Assembly: GCA_001871165.1 (NCBI GenBank)
Contig: MNUT01000002.1
Span: 1 to 52,102, forward strand
Origin: Candidatus Falkowbacteria bacterium CG1_02_37_21
Lineage (GTDB): Bacteria > Patescibacteriota > Patescibacteriia > Patescibacteriales > UBA12465
DNA length: 52,102 bases
Direction: 5' to 3'
The translations under genes and the position numbers were made by a program. The notes under the pieces were generated by a model. The model ran no database searches. It was not told the DNA's origin and saw nothing but the letters and a program-made list of their open reading frames with translations. Shown piece after piece: positions 1 through 9,791 of this stretch. How positions within the stretch are numbered: position 1 is the stretch's first letter; the number at the start of each line of letters is the position of its first letter.

Positions 1-999
1 AAAAGCTATTTCGAGGAGAACCAGCTATTGCCGAGTTCGATTACAATTTCTGCGCTAACCACAAGTCATCCCATAGTGTTGCACGGCTAATGGGTTCGGC
101 CCTCCTTCCATCTTTCGATGGAGTTCAGCCTGCTCATGGTTAGATCACCCGGCTTCGGGTCTTGTCCACGCGACGAATGTATCACTCCCGGGGCACTAAT
201 AAATTAGTGCTCACGAAAGCGATACACAAACGGGCTATTAACCCTCGCTTTCACTATACATGCTCTCCAAAGGAGATTATGTTAGCCACGTAGAACAAAC
301 TCGTTGGCTCATTCTTCAATAGGCACGCCGTCACCCCTTGCGGGGCTCCGACTCTTTGTAAGTATATGGTTTCAGGTACTATTTCACCTCCCTCATCGGG
401 ATGCTTTTCACCTTTCCCTCATGGTACTAGTTCACTATCGATCATAAGAAGTATTTAGTCTTAGGCCATAGTCGGCCTGGCTTCAAACGGGATTTCACGA
501 GTCCCGCCCTACTTAAGAACACTAAAACGAAGTGACTTCTCTTTTCGCGTACCGGGCTATCACCGTCTCTGGCCGAGCTTTCCAACTCGTTCTGCTAAGA
601 GTAATCTTTTTTTACTTCGTCCTGTTGATCTGGCAACAGGTCTTAGGTCTTGCAACACCGAAAAAACATGTGGTTCCAGAACCTTCTGAAATAAATCCGG
701 CGAACCGGACTAATTTCTCAGTTATTTGGGTTTAGACTTCTCCCCTTTCGCTCGCCACTACTTGGGGAATAATTATTATTTTCTTTTCCTCCGGCTAATA
801 AGATGTTTCAGTTCACCGGGTCTTCCCGCCCTATCTTAAAGATTGGGCGTCCTCCGTCTTCAACGGAAGGGGTTTCCCCATTCGGAGATCCGCGGGTCAA
901 AGGTTGCTTGCCACCTCACCGCGGCTTATCGCAGGCTGCTACGTCCTTCATCGTCTTCTTATGTCAAGGCATTCACCATATACTCTTACTGAGATTTTC
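1..999 (-). rRNA. rrl: 23S rRNA, 5' portion (continues beyond the left edge); 5' end approximate
   Basis: Reverse complement contains conserved 23S 5'-domain motifs (TAAGAGTATATGGTGAATGCCTTG, GAACTGAAACATCT, CCCAAGTAGTGGCGAGCGAAA, GTACCATGAGGGAAAGGTGAAAAG, AATAGCTGGTTCTCCTCGAAATAGCT). Confidence 0.97.
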
Positions 1000-1161
1000 C
1001 CACGCTTTTATTTTTAATTAAAAACGTGTTTTTGATATCTTATTACAGCCCCTCTACCCCAGACGAAAAATTGAGATATTAGGATAAGACATCCAACTTA
1101 AATTATATTTTTATTTTCTTTACTCTAACATTGATTGTTAAGGGACTTTTTCTTAGGGCAC

Positions 1162-1184
1162 AAAAAAACCGCTGCTGAGCGGTT
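1162..1184 (-). terminator. Intrinsic terminator inside the 23S leader
   Basis: Minus strand AACCGCT-CAGC-AGCGGTT followed by a T tract. Confidence 0.7.
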
Positions 1185-1211
1185 CTAAGTAATCGCAAAA
1201 TGGCTGATTAA

Positions 1212-1253
1212 CTAGAATCGCTTTTTAATATGGTTTCTTACTTCTTTTTTCAT
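1212..1253 (-). CDS. Putative 13-aa leader peptide MKKEVRNHIKKRF
   Basis: ATG at 1253 and TAG at 1212-1214; its last codons form the 5' strand of a hairpin that competes with the terminator. Confidence 0.5.
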   Translation of the reverse strand: MKKEVRNHIKKRF

Positions 1254-1292
1254 ATTTTTGCGGCTTCTACAGCCCTAATAAAACTGATACTT

Positions 1293-1320
1293 ATTATAGC
1301 TGTTTTAAAAATTATGTCAA
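1293..1320 (-). promoter_or_regulatory. Sigma70-type promoter for the 23S leader
   Basis: TTGACA-16 nt-TATAAT on the minus strand. Confidence 0.8.
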
Positions 1321-1336
1321 GGGGGATAATATGTGC

Positions 1337-1364
1337 AAAAAATGGCCTATTTTAGGCCATTTTT
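1337..1364. terminator. Terminator after pilT
   Basis: AAAAAATGGCCTA-TTT-TAGGCCATTTTT inverted repeat. Confidence 0.7.
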
Positions 1365-1407
1365 ATTAAGGTTTTTGGGTATTTTAGCTCAAGGTAAGAT
1401 ATTACAA

Positions 1408-2448
1408 CTAAGCATCCAACATATTAGTATCAGTCATGTTATTAAGTGCTACTTCCCGATCAATCTCTCCGGTCTGATATAATTCTTTAATATGCTTATC
1501 CAAAGTAATCATCCCAACATTAGAGCCGGTCTCAATCGCCGTACTAATCTGAGCAATTTTTCCTTCTCTGATTAAGTTAGCGACCGCCGCATTATTAATT
1601 AAAACACCCCGAGCGGCAATGCGTCCGCCACTAAGACGCGGCAATAAGCGCTGAGAAATAATACCGGATAAAACATTGGACAATTGCGATTTAATTTGAC
1701 CCTGTTGATACGGCGGAAAAATATCTATAATACGATCAATAGTTTGCGCGGCACTATAAGTATGAAGAGTCGCCAACACAAGATGACCGGTTTCCGCTAA
1801 AGTGACGGCGGCGGCGATACTTTCTAAGTCACGCATTTCCCCTAACATAATCACATTAGGATCCTGACGTAAAATATGTTTAAGCCCGGCCGCGAAACTA
1901 ATCATGTCCGTGCCGAGTTGACGCTGAACAACCACACTTTTCTCCGGAGTAAAAACATATTCAATTGGATCTTCTAAGGTAACAATATTAGAACGACGGG
2001 TTTTATTAATATAATTTATCATGGCCGCCAAGGTAGTAGACTTACCGCAACCAGTCGGGCCAGTAATCAAAATAAAACCTTGAGGTAAATCCAGTAATTT
2101 CTGTATTACTGACGGCATACCTAGATCCTCTAAAGTCGGAGATAAATTACTGATCACACGGGCCACAATCACAATATTATTTTGAGCATAAGAAAAATTG
2201 ATACGATAACGATAATCCCCCACCTGATATCCAAGGTCAAAATCACGTTTATTTAAAAATGTCGCCGCTTGTTCTTTATTTAAAAGAACCTCCACAAAAG
2301 ATTGCAAATCAGGAGCAGTCAAAACGGGTAAGCCCTCCGCTTCCGACAATACTCCGTCTATTCTCAAAATAGGCTGCTGGCCAACTAAAAGATGGAGATC
2401 AGAAGCCTTCTTCTCGGCCGCTAATTGTAAAAGATTATTTATATCCAT
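1408..2448 (-). CDS. pilT: Type IV pilus retraction ATPase, PilT/PilU family
   Basis: ASDLHL, Walker A GPTGCGKSTT, TLEDPIE, LRQDPNVIMLGEMRD, AETGHLVLATLH. Confidence 0.93.
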   Translation of the reverse strand: MDINNLLQLAAEKKASDLHLLVGQQPILRIDGVLSEAEGLPVLTAPDLQSFVEVLLNKEQAATFLNKRDFDLGYQVGDYRYRINFSYAQNNIVIVARVISNLSPTLEDLGMPSVIQKLLDLPQGFILITGPTGCGKSTTLAAMINYINKTRRSNIVTLEDPIEYVFTPEKSVVVQRQLGTDMISFAAGLKHILRQDPNVIMLGEMRDLESIAAAVTLAETGHLVLATLHTYSAAQTIDRIIDIFPPYQQGQIKSQLSNVLSGIISQRLLPRLSGGRIAARGVLINNAAVANLIREGKIAQISTAIETGSNVGMITLDKHIKELYQTGEIDREVALNNMTDTNMLDA

Positions 2449-2490
2449 AAATATTTTATTGAAATTTTAAAATATTCTGCTAACTAGCTT

Positions 2491-3189
2491 TTACCAACCC
2501 ATTTTCTTCAAACCTTTGGCGGCAGCATCAACCTGCGCCTCCTGTTTAGAAGAACCATCACCATCGGCTATTTTTTCTTCGCCAATATAAAGTCCGACTG
2601 TAAATAACTTGGCGTGATCAGGGCCTTTCTCATCTAAAATTTTATAATGTGGCGTTAAACCCTTTTTTTCCTGAGACTTTTCTTGAAACAAGGACTTCGG
2701 ATCTAAATAAGACTGATCCCGTAAAATATCATCTAAACGAGAAACAATATTTTTAAGGACAAACTTTTTAGCAACTGCCATTCCCTGGTCCAAATAAATG
2801 GCCCCGATAATTGCCTCCATGGCATTAGCCAAAATAAACTGACGAGACTTTTTATTTTTATCACGAGCTTCCCCGCGCGATAAATATAAAGAATCTTCCA
2901 CATCCAATTGGTCAGCTACCTCGTAAAGCAAATGAGCATTAACTAAAGAGGCGCGCCAATTAGTTAAATCCCCTTCCGGTGTACTGGTAAAATTAAGATA
3001 TAAAAATTCCGTCACGATAATTTCTAAAACTGCATCACCTAAGAATTCTAATCTCTCATTATGACCAATACGAAAATCGGGATGTTCATTTAAATATGAA
3101 CGGTGTACTAAAGCTTGGCGCAATAAATCTTCATTCTTAAAAGTTACACCCAAATTTTTTTGTAACTTCAGAAAAGTATTATTAGTCAT
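2491..3189 (-). CDS. rnc: Ribonuclease III
   Basis: NERLEFLGDAVL signature; C-terminal dsRBD (GPDHAK...SKQEAQ). Confidence 0.97.
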   Translation of the reverse strand: MTNNTFLKLQKNLGVTFKNEDLLRQALVHRSYLNEHPDFRIGHNERLEFLGDAVLEIIVTEFLYLNFTSTPEGDLTNWRASLVNAHLLYEVADQLDVEDSLYLSRGEARDKNKKSRQFILANAMEAIIGAIYLDQGMAVAKKFVLKNIVSRLDDILRDQSYLDPKSLFQEKSQEKKGLTPHYKILDEKGPDHAKLFTVGLYIGEEKIADGDGSSKQEAQVDAAAKGLKKMGW

Positions 3190-3222
3190 AACTGATTATG
3201 TAAAATATAAAAAGACGGCGCT

Positions 3223-3759
3223 TTACTGAACACCGTCTCCAGTTTTATCTTTTATAATATCTTCATCTGCGGAGGCAACCGCAGCTCCTTCCGTTACCTT
3301 CGCTTGAGCGAGAGCCTCCGCTTCTTCTTTGTTATCTCTCTTCTGAATTTCCGGTTCGTCATTGTAGAGGGCACCTAATACACCATTCACAAATTTACCA
3401 GAAGCATCACCGCCAAAACTTTTGGCGACTTCAATGGCTTCATTAATAGCGACACGGGGCGGAATAGCCGTATGCAACAACTCATAAATACCTAGGCGCA
3501 AAATATTTCTATCAACGGCTGTAATTTGATCAAGAGGCCATTCCGTCGCATATTTAATAATATGCTTATTGATTACGTCTAAATTATTCTTAACACCAAT
3601 TACTAAAGCCCTGACAAAGCCCCCATCATCAAAATTTGGAGCAAAATTAGCAAAATTATCGGCAATTAAATTTTCAATATCACCATCCTTCCGACCGTTA
3701 AAATCCCAAGCAAATAAAGTCTGGAGAGCGATGGTTCGCGCTAAATGCCGATTAGACAT
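3223..3759 (-). CDS. nusB: Transcription antitermination factor NusB
   Basis: [45 protein letters not shown]. Confidence 0.96.
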   Translation of the reverse strand: MSNRHLARTIALQTLFAWDFNGRKDGDIENLIADNFANFAPNFDDGGFVRALVIGVKNNLDVINKHIIKYATEWPLDQITAVDRNILRLGIYELLHTAIPPRVAINEAIEVAKSFGGDASGKFVNGVLGALYNDEPEIQKRDNKEEAEALAQAKVTEGAAVASADEDIIKDKTGDGVQ

Positions 3760-3776
3760 AGTTTAAATTTTTAAAA

Positions 3777-3974
3777 TTATTTTTTCTTAGCGACGCGAGT
3801 CTTCATCTTAATGACTTCATGGCCATTATAATAACCACAAGCTGGGCATGCATTGTGCGGCTTAAGAGCTTTACCGCATTTTGGGCACTTATTTAAAACT
3901 ATCTTCTTCAAAGCTAAATGAGAACGACCGCGATGAGTAGCGGCATGAGTTTTCTGTTTCTTAGGATTAGCCAT
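3777..3974 (-). CDS. rpmF: 50S ribosomal protein L32 (zinc-binding form)
   Basis: MANPKK...CPKCG...PHNACPACGYY. Confidence 0.95.
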   Translation of the reverse strand: MANPKKQKTHAATHRGRSHLALKKIVLNKCPKCGKALKPHNACPACGYYNGHEVIKMKTRVAKKK

Positions 3975-4039
3975 ATTATTAATTTAAATCTTTTATTATT
4001 TAATTTTAGTATAACTTAATGCTGTTATTAGTCAATTGC

Positions 4040-5890
4040 TTAAACGGCGGATACCGGGTCGGGATTTGCCCCTGGTTTAGCGCCAACAATCTTCTCAAAC
4101 TCTTCACGCTCAATAGTTTCCTTGTCTAATAACACTGCTACAATTTTTTCTAGAGCATTTTTTTGTTCGTTAATGATTGCTACTGCCTTTACTTCTCCTT
4201 GCATAATAAAACCAGAAATTTCTTCATCAATTCTTTCCGCTACTTTTTCGCTGTAATTTCTTTGTTCATGAATTTCACGACCGAGGAAAATCATTTCTTC
4301 TTTTTCGCCGTAAGTACGGGAACCTAAATTATCACTCATACCATAATCAGTTACTAGGCGACGTGCTATTTCGGTCGCCCGACGTAAATCAGAAGTAGCT
4401 CCGGTCGTAACTTCACCATATATTTTTCTTTCTACTAAGTGACCAGCGAGCAGTACGGCAATTTCATCAATAAATTCTGACTTAGCATGCATGTGACGAT
4501 CTTCCGCGGGGACTTTCAAAGTATAGCCCCCGGCGCTACCGCGAGAAATAATGGAAATTTTGTGAACCGGATCAGCGTTAGGTAAATAATGCGCCACTAA
4601 AGCATGCCCCGCTTCATGATAGGCGGTAATTTGTTTTTCTTTATCAGTAATAACTCGGCTACGGCGTTCCGGACCAATCATAACTTTTTCAATCGCTTCA
4701 AACATATCTTCATTAACTATTTCTTTCTTACTATTTCGGGCTGCTAAAATAGCCGCCTCATTAAGCAGATTCGCTAAATCAGCACCAGAAAATCCCGCCG
4801 TCCGTTCCGCAATAGTGCGCAAATTAGCATCTTTAGCTAAAGGTTTTTTCTGAACATGAACTTTTAGAATTGCTTCTCTGTCATTTAAATCTGGTAAATC
4901 AATCGTTACTCGTCTATCAAAACGGCCGGGACGAAGCAAGGCTGGATCTAGAACATCCGGGCGATTAGTGGCAGCAATAACTATAATATTTTGCGTCGGT
5001 TCAAAGCCATCCATCTCCACCAAAATTTGATTTAAGGTCTGTTCACGTTCATCGTGACTACCACCTAAACCAGCGCCACGCTTACGACCAACCGCATCAA
5101 TTTCATCAATAAACAAAATACAAGGAGCATTATGTTTAGCCTTATCAAATAAAGAACGCACGCGACTAGCGCCCACACCGACAAACATTTCTACGAATTC
5201 CGAACCGGACATATGGAAAAATGGCACTTGCGCTTCTCCGGCCACAGAACGAGCCAGCAAAGTTTTACCGGTACCAGGCGCTCCTAACAATAAAACGCCA
5301 CGAGGAATTTTGGCACCTAGCTCATGAAATTTTTTAGGAAAACGTAAAAATTCCACAATCTCTTGCAATTCTTCTTTAGCTTCTTTAGAACCGGCGACAT
5401 CTTTAAAGGTTGTCCGATTTTTAGCGTCAGGACGAAAATCTTTAGCAGTAGACTGGCCAAAACTCATAGCGCGAGAATTAGCATTCTGTAAACCGCGCAT
5501 CATAAAAAATAAAAAAACACCGATTAAGACCACCGGCAAAACAAAAGGTACAATAGTGGTTAGCCAATAATCCCAGCCACTTTCATCCGCAACAGAAATC
5601 TTAACATCCGCTAACTTATCTGAAGCGACATTAAAATTAGCTAGTAAAGAAGATAATGACTCTCCCGTTTCCTTACGTACATTTTCCCTAGTATCATCTT
5701 TTAATGTTACCTCTAAAGTATCTCCTCGGACGACAATGCTTGAAACTTGCCCGTCGTTGAGAGTACTGATCATGTTTTCAATACCAACCGTCGCGATTTT
5801 TTCATCCGATCCGGAAAAAGAACTAAAAAGAGCCGCCAGTAGCAGAAAAACTACGAAAAATATAAAAAAATTTTTAATTAATTTCTTCAT
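4040..5890 (-). CDS. ftsH: ATP-dependent zinc metalloprotease FtsH (start placed at ATG 5890)
   Basis: Two TM segments, [33 protein letters not shown]; TATAAT 7 nt upstream of ATG 5890. Confidence 0.97.
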   Translation of the reverse strand: MKKLIKNFFIFFVVFLLLAALFSSFSGSDEKIATVGIENMISTLNDGQVSSIVVRGDTLEVTLKDDTRENVRKETGESLSSLLANFNVASDKLADVKISVADESGWDYWLTTIVPFVLPVVLIGVFLFFMMRGLQNANSRAMSFGQSTAKDFRPDAKNRTTFKDVAGSKEAKEELQEIVEFLRFPKKFHELGAKIPRGVLLLGAPGTGKTLLARSVAGEAQVPFFHMSGSEFVEMFVGVGASRVRSLFDKAKHNAPCILFIDEIDAVGRKRGAGLGGSHDEREQTLNQILVEMDGFEPTQNIIVIAATNRPDVLDPALLRPGRFDRRVTIDLPDLNDREAILKVHVQKKPLAKDANLRTIAERTAGFSGADLANLLNEAAILAARNSKKEIVNEDMFEAIEKVMIGPERRSRVITDKEKQITAYHEAGHALVAHYLPNADPVHKISIISRGSAGGYTLKVPAEDRHMHAKSEFIDEIAVLLAGHLVERKIYGEVTTGATSDLRRATEIARRLVTDYGMSDNLGSRTYGEKEEMIFLGREIHEQRNYSEKVAERIDEEISGFIMQGEVKAVAIINEQKNALEKIVAVLLDKETIEREEFEKIVGAKPGANPDPVSAV

Positions 5891-5930
5891 AATCTTAATT
5901 ATAGACACAAAAATCTCTTTTGGCAATTAT

Positions 5931-5956
5931 AAAAATACCCAATTTTGGGTATTTTT
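5931..5956. terminator. Terminator after the S1 gene
   Basis: AAAAATACCCAA-TT-TTGGGTATTTTT. Confidence 0.65.
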
Positions 5957-5962
5957 ATTTTT

Positions 5963-7222
5963 TTATTTATCTTTCTTGGTAGCCTTCTCCGACTTATCAA
6001 CCTTGGTCTTCTTCTCAACCTTTACTTTCTCCTTATCTTCTTTATCAGACTCATCACTCTTTGTATTTTTTTCTTTAGAAGATTTAGCGGACTTAGAAAC
6101 TTTAGCTCCGTCTGAAGCTAACTTCAAACCCAAACGATGTTCACTCGGAGAAATGCTAACTACTTCAAAATTCTTAATTTCACCAGACTGATATAATTCA
6201 CTCAACTTATCTTTAGCACCCAAATTTAATTGACTAACATGCGCCAAACCATGAATTTCTTCATCCAGCTTAACAAAAAGTCCAAAAGGATTAATCTTTA
6301 AAATTTCTCCGGAAACAACCTGTCCAATCTGATATTTGGCACTCGCCTCTAACCAAGGATCCTTTAATAATCTCTTAGCACTCAAGAAAACTTTGGCGCC
6401 ATCAATGGAAATAATCTCTACAGAAATATCATCACCAACCTGATACATATCATTAGGAGAATCAATTCTCTGCCAAGCTAATTCCGAAATATGAATTAGA
6501 CCTTCAATATTTTCACCGAAGGAAACAAAAACTCCAAAATTGGTAATCGCCGTAATCTTGCCATCAACCGGCATACCGACGCGATATTTATCCAAAGCTG
6601 GTCGTTGTTTTTTATTCCAAACATCTTTTTCGCTGAAAATAATTTTATTTTCTTCTTCGTTCAGAGTAATAACAGCCACTTCAAATTCTTGACCAACAAA
6701 AGATTTTAATTTTTCTAAAATTCTACTCTTATCACCACCGGCAATACGGGGATAATTATCTGGCGCTAATTGTGAAACCGGCAAGAAACCGTCAATTTGT
6801 CCGTAACGGCTCAAAAGTCCACCCTTATTAGCATCAACAATCTTAACCTTAATAGTAGTTTTATCTTTAAGCGCTGCATGTAGTTTTTCCCAAGCTTTTT
6901 CCTGACCAACCAAACGAAAAGACAATTCTAATTCACCATTTTCATTTTCCGCATCAATAACTGCTGCCTCAATTTCATCACCTGACTTTAAATTGGCAAA
7001 TTCTTCTACTTCATTATAAAGTTCCGGGCCACGAATAATACCCATTAAAACACCATTGATATCCATCTTCACTTCTGACTTAGAAGCGGTCACAATTACA
7101 CCCTTAACAATCTCTCCGACCTGAGGGATTTTAATATCATCTTTGGCTAATAATTTTTCAAACTCATCGCTAGCAGCGACATCGTTTGTTTTGTTTTCTT
7201 CCTCTTTATTATTGTTTCCCAT
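5963..7222 (-). CDS. rpsA: 30S ribosomal protein S1 (four S1 domains, charged tail)
   Basis: Repeated S1 motifs NKGGL..GFLPVSQ, FGVFV..EGLIHISEL, FGLFV..GLAHVSQ. Confidence 0.85.
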   Translation of the reverse strand: MGNNNKEEENKTNDVAASDEFEKLLAKDDIKIPQVGEIVKGVIVTASKSEVKMDINGVLMGIIRGPELYNEVEEFANLKSGDEIEAAVIDAENENGELELSFRLVGQEKAWEKLHAALKDKTTIKVKIVDANKGGLLSRYGQIDGFLPVSQLAPDNYPRIAGGDKSRILEKLKSFVGQEFEVAVITLNEEENKIIFSEKDVWNKKQRPALDKYRVGMPVDGKITAITNFGVFVSFGENIEGLIHISELAWQRIDSPNDMYQVGDDISVEIISIDGAKVFLSAKRLLKDPWLEASAKYQIGQVVSGEILKINPFGLFVKLDEEIHGLAHVSQLNLGAKDKLSELYQSGEIKNFEVVSISPSEHRLGLKLASDGAKVSKSAKSSKEKNTKSDESDKEDKEKVKVEKKTKVDKSEKATKKDK

Positions 7223-7399
7223 ATTATATATATCTTTTTATACTACGCATCCAGCGACAGAAAAATCGCTCCGAGCAATAAAAAAAGCTATTTAAACCCG
7301 ATTTTATTGATTATCGAGCCCGACGGCCACCTCCTGCTTAACATTGAGCATTATAATCCGCCGGTATTCTTAGAGGTGTATATTAAATTGAATAATAGT

Positions 7400-7428
7400 A
7401 TTATAAGGAAAAATCTGGGATATGTCAA
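7400..7428 (-). promoter_or_regulatory. Sigma70-type promoter for S1, ~170-nt leader
   Basis: TTGACA-17 nt-TATAAT on the minus strand. Confidence 0.8.
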
Positions 7429-7518
7429 CCCAACAAAAGATAAAAATAGCCCTATAACAAATACCATTATTATGATATAATCTATTTACAATTTAATAAA
7501 ATTAAAAAAATATAATTT

Positions 7519-8322
7519 ATGACACAAACTATTAAAAATATCTTAGCTGGAGCGATTGCTGTAGCGGTACTGGCTATTGGCTATGCTTCGTTAAGTTATG
7601 TTAGTGCTTATAGTAAAGTAATAGAACCTTCTTCCTTCCGGAGTTTTTCCGTCACCGGTGAAGGAAAAATTACAACCGTACCTGATATCGCAACTTTTGA
7701 CTTCCAGGTAATTACTGAAGGAGACAGAGATGTGACTACCCTGCAAACTAAAAATACCAATGACACTAACAAGGTCATAGCTTTTATCAAAGACCAGGGA
7801 GTTGATGAAAAAGATATAAAAACTCAGTATTATAATGTTAATCCTCGTTATACAAGTTATCGTTGTGTGACACCTATGTTTAGTAATGATGGTGTTGCTA
7901 AAGCAGATGTCTGCCCGCCACCTTCAATCGTCGGTTACACTGTTAGTCAGTCAGTTAGCGTAAAAATAAGAGACTTTAGTAAAATCGGTGATATTATGGG
8001 AGGGGTAGTAACTAATGGCGCTAATCAAGTTGGTTCACTGTCATTTACTGTTGATGATTCCGATCAGGCTCATGACCAGGCTCGCGCTGAGGCTATTGCC
8101 AAGGCCACGACTAACGCTGAGTCTATTGCTAAAGAAGGTAAATTTAAAGTTGGACGACTACTAGGTATTCAGGAAGGCTCTAATTCTCCAATTTATTACA
8201 AAGCAATGGCTACAATGGAAATGGACTCTAACGGTGTAGGCGGTGGTGCCGCCGCTCCAAGTATTCAACCCGGTTCACAAGAAGTGACGGTAACAGTAAC
8301 AATGCAATACGAAATTCAATAA
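7519..8322 (+). CDS. SIMPL (DUF541/BP26-like) domain protein
   Basis: N-terminal TM; SVTGEGKITTVPDIA, IKTQYYNVNPRY, GANQVGSLSF, IQPGSQEVTVTV. Confidence 0.9.
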   Translation: MTQTIKNILAGAIAVAVLAIGYASLSYVSAYSKVIEPSSFRSFSVTGEGKITTVPDIATFDFQVITEGDRDVTTLQTKNTNDTNKVIAFIKDQGVDEKDIKTQYYNVNPRYTSYRCVTPMFSNDGVAKADVCPPPSIVGYTVSQSVSVKIRDFSKIGDIMGGVVTNGANQVGSLSFTVDDSDQAHDQARAEAIAKATTNAESIAKEGKFKVGRLLGIQEGSNSPIYYKAMATMEMDSNGVGGGAAAPSIQPGSQEVTVTVTMQYEIQ

Positions 8323-8346
8323 AAGAGAAAACTACAAATAAAAATA

Positions 8347-8380
8347 AAGGAGACTAGATATAACTCTAGTCTCTTTTTTT
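8347..8380. terminator. Terminator between convergent genes
   Basis: GAGACTAG...CTAGTCTC followed by a T tract. Confidence 0.65.
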
Positions 8381-8409
8381 GCGCCACATTGTAATGATGC
8401 CAAATATCT

Positions 8410-9069
8410 TTAGCTCCTAATTCTTTTAATAAGATACCCCGCTACTTCTTTAGCTCGAACTTTTAACATCTTATCCGGCTGACTTAATATGTAATCTTTC
8501 AACTGATCAATACGCAAAACCGGAAAATCTCCCACTGTGATATTCAATTCCAGAGGTTGCCCAGCAAAAACTACCAAAGCAAAAGCAAAATAATCATAGT
8601 GCCCTTCCCGAAGTAAATCGGCTACTTTAAAAGAATGAGTTTTAGACTGTTTAATGGGGTTATAGAATGTTTTAAAACGACTGTTTCTAGTCTTAGTCCA
8701 TTTCTTGTCCTCTCTATTACCATAAACGATTCCCTTATAGTTTTTCGTTTCAATAACAAAGATTCCTTTTGGCCCAATTAAGATATGATCTATCTGAGCT
8801 TTGTTAACTATACAGTCATTAATTAAGTACCAAGAATTATCCAATTCTTTCAACAACAATTTACTGACAGCATTTTCTCCTTTAGCCCCAGCGACTAATA
8901 TTTTATTTCTTTTAAAAAATGGCAGAGTTAAAAAACCTAACAAGCCGGCCCATAACATAAAACCGGTCGCCCAGAGGTACACCGCAATAGCCAAAATAAA
9001 GCCGGCAATAAGTCGGCGACGTCGCCAAATCCGGCGAAAACTACTTTGTGGCTTCAGAAGTTTGGACAT
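8410..9069 (-). CDS. Membrane-anchored NERD (nuclease-related) domain protein
   Basis: GAKGE, QIDHILIGPKGIFVIETKNYKG, NPIKQ; N-terminal TM helices. Confidence 0.88.
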   Translation of the reverse strand: MSKLLKPQSSFRRIWRRRRLIAGFILAIAVYLWATGFMLWAGLLGFLTLPFFKRNKILVAGAKGENAVSKLLLKELDNSWYLINDCIVNKAQIDHILIGPKGIFVIETKNYKGIVYGNREDKKWTKTRNSRFKTFYNPIKQSKTHSFKVADLLREGHYDYFAFALVVFAGQPLELNITVGDFPVLRIDQLKDYILSQPDKMLKVRAKEVAGYLIKRIRS

Positions 9070-9272
9070 AATACTATTTTATCATTTTTATGAAAGGCTA
9101 CCAAGCTAAAAGTGAAACTGACAACAGACTAGCTCTTTTATAGAATAAAAACCTAACAAAGTAAAGCTATATCTCTTCAAACTCAACTTGACAAGAGCAA
9201 ATTTATGTGTAAAAATAATTTGAACTAACTAGTCGTTCATTCACAATTCATCAACCAAACAAGGAAAGATCT

Positions 9273-9692
9273 ATGAAAAAAACTAGACCAAATCCAAATG
9301 AAGATTTTTCAAAAATTACTCTTGCTGTTGTGCCTCCTCCCAGGATTGTATGTCCATTATGCCATGGTTGCTTAGCAACTCATGACACAAGTGCTGTTTA
9401 CTACACAGCGAAAAAGGGGCATATTAATAAAACAATCGCTGCTCATTATTACTGCTTGCATGAGCTAAAAAAAACGCCAAACAGTTATTTTGGTGATGTA
9501 AAGTTGTCGGCGGCGATGCCGAAAAATTATAGTTTAGAAAGTTATTTGCGAGAGTTAAAAGAAGTTCTTTTGCCTAAACAAATAGGTAATCCTAGGGTGG
9601 AAAGAACACTACAAATTGTTCAAGCTCTATTTTTCGAAGGCTTTCATGAATCCTTCGTAAAAATGTTTTTCATCGCAAAAAAAATCATGTGA
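9273..9692 (+). CDS. Hypothetical protein with possible Zn-binding motif
   Basis: CPLC...HYYC; AAGGA upstream and TTGACA promoter-like sequence at 9188. Confidence 0.55.
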   Translation: MKKTRPNPNEDFSKITLAVVPPPRIVCPLCHGCLATHDTSAVYYTAKKGHINKTIAAHYYCLHELKKTPNSYFGDVKLSAAMPKNYSLESYLRELKEVLLPKQIGNPRVERTLQIVQALFFEGFHESFVKMFFIAKKIM

Positions 9693-9791
9693 ATATTAAA
9701 AAGAAGGTTGACGAAAAAATCGTCAAAGAAATAAAAACAATTTTTAAGCCATAACCCTGCACCCGTTCATTAATTTTGAACGGGTCTTTTT

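Noticed and set aside
532-1021. ORFs 532-735 and 803-1021 on the plus strand
   Set aside because: Antisense to the 23S rRNA; spurious
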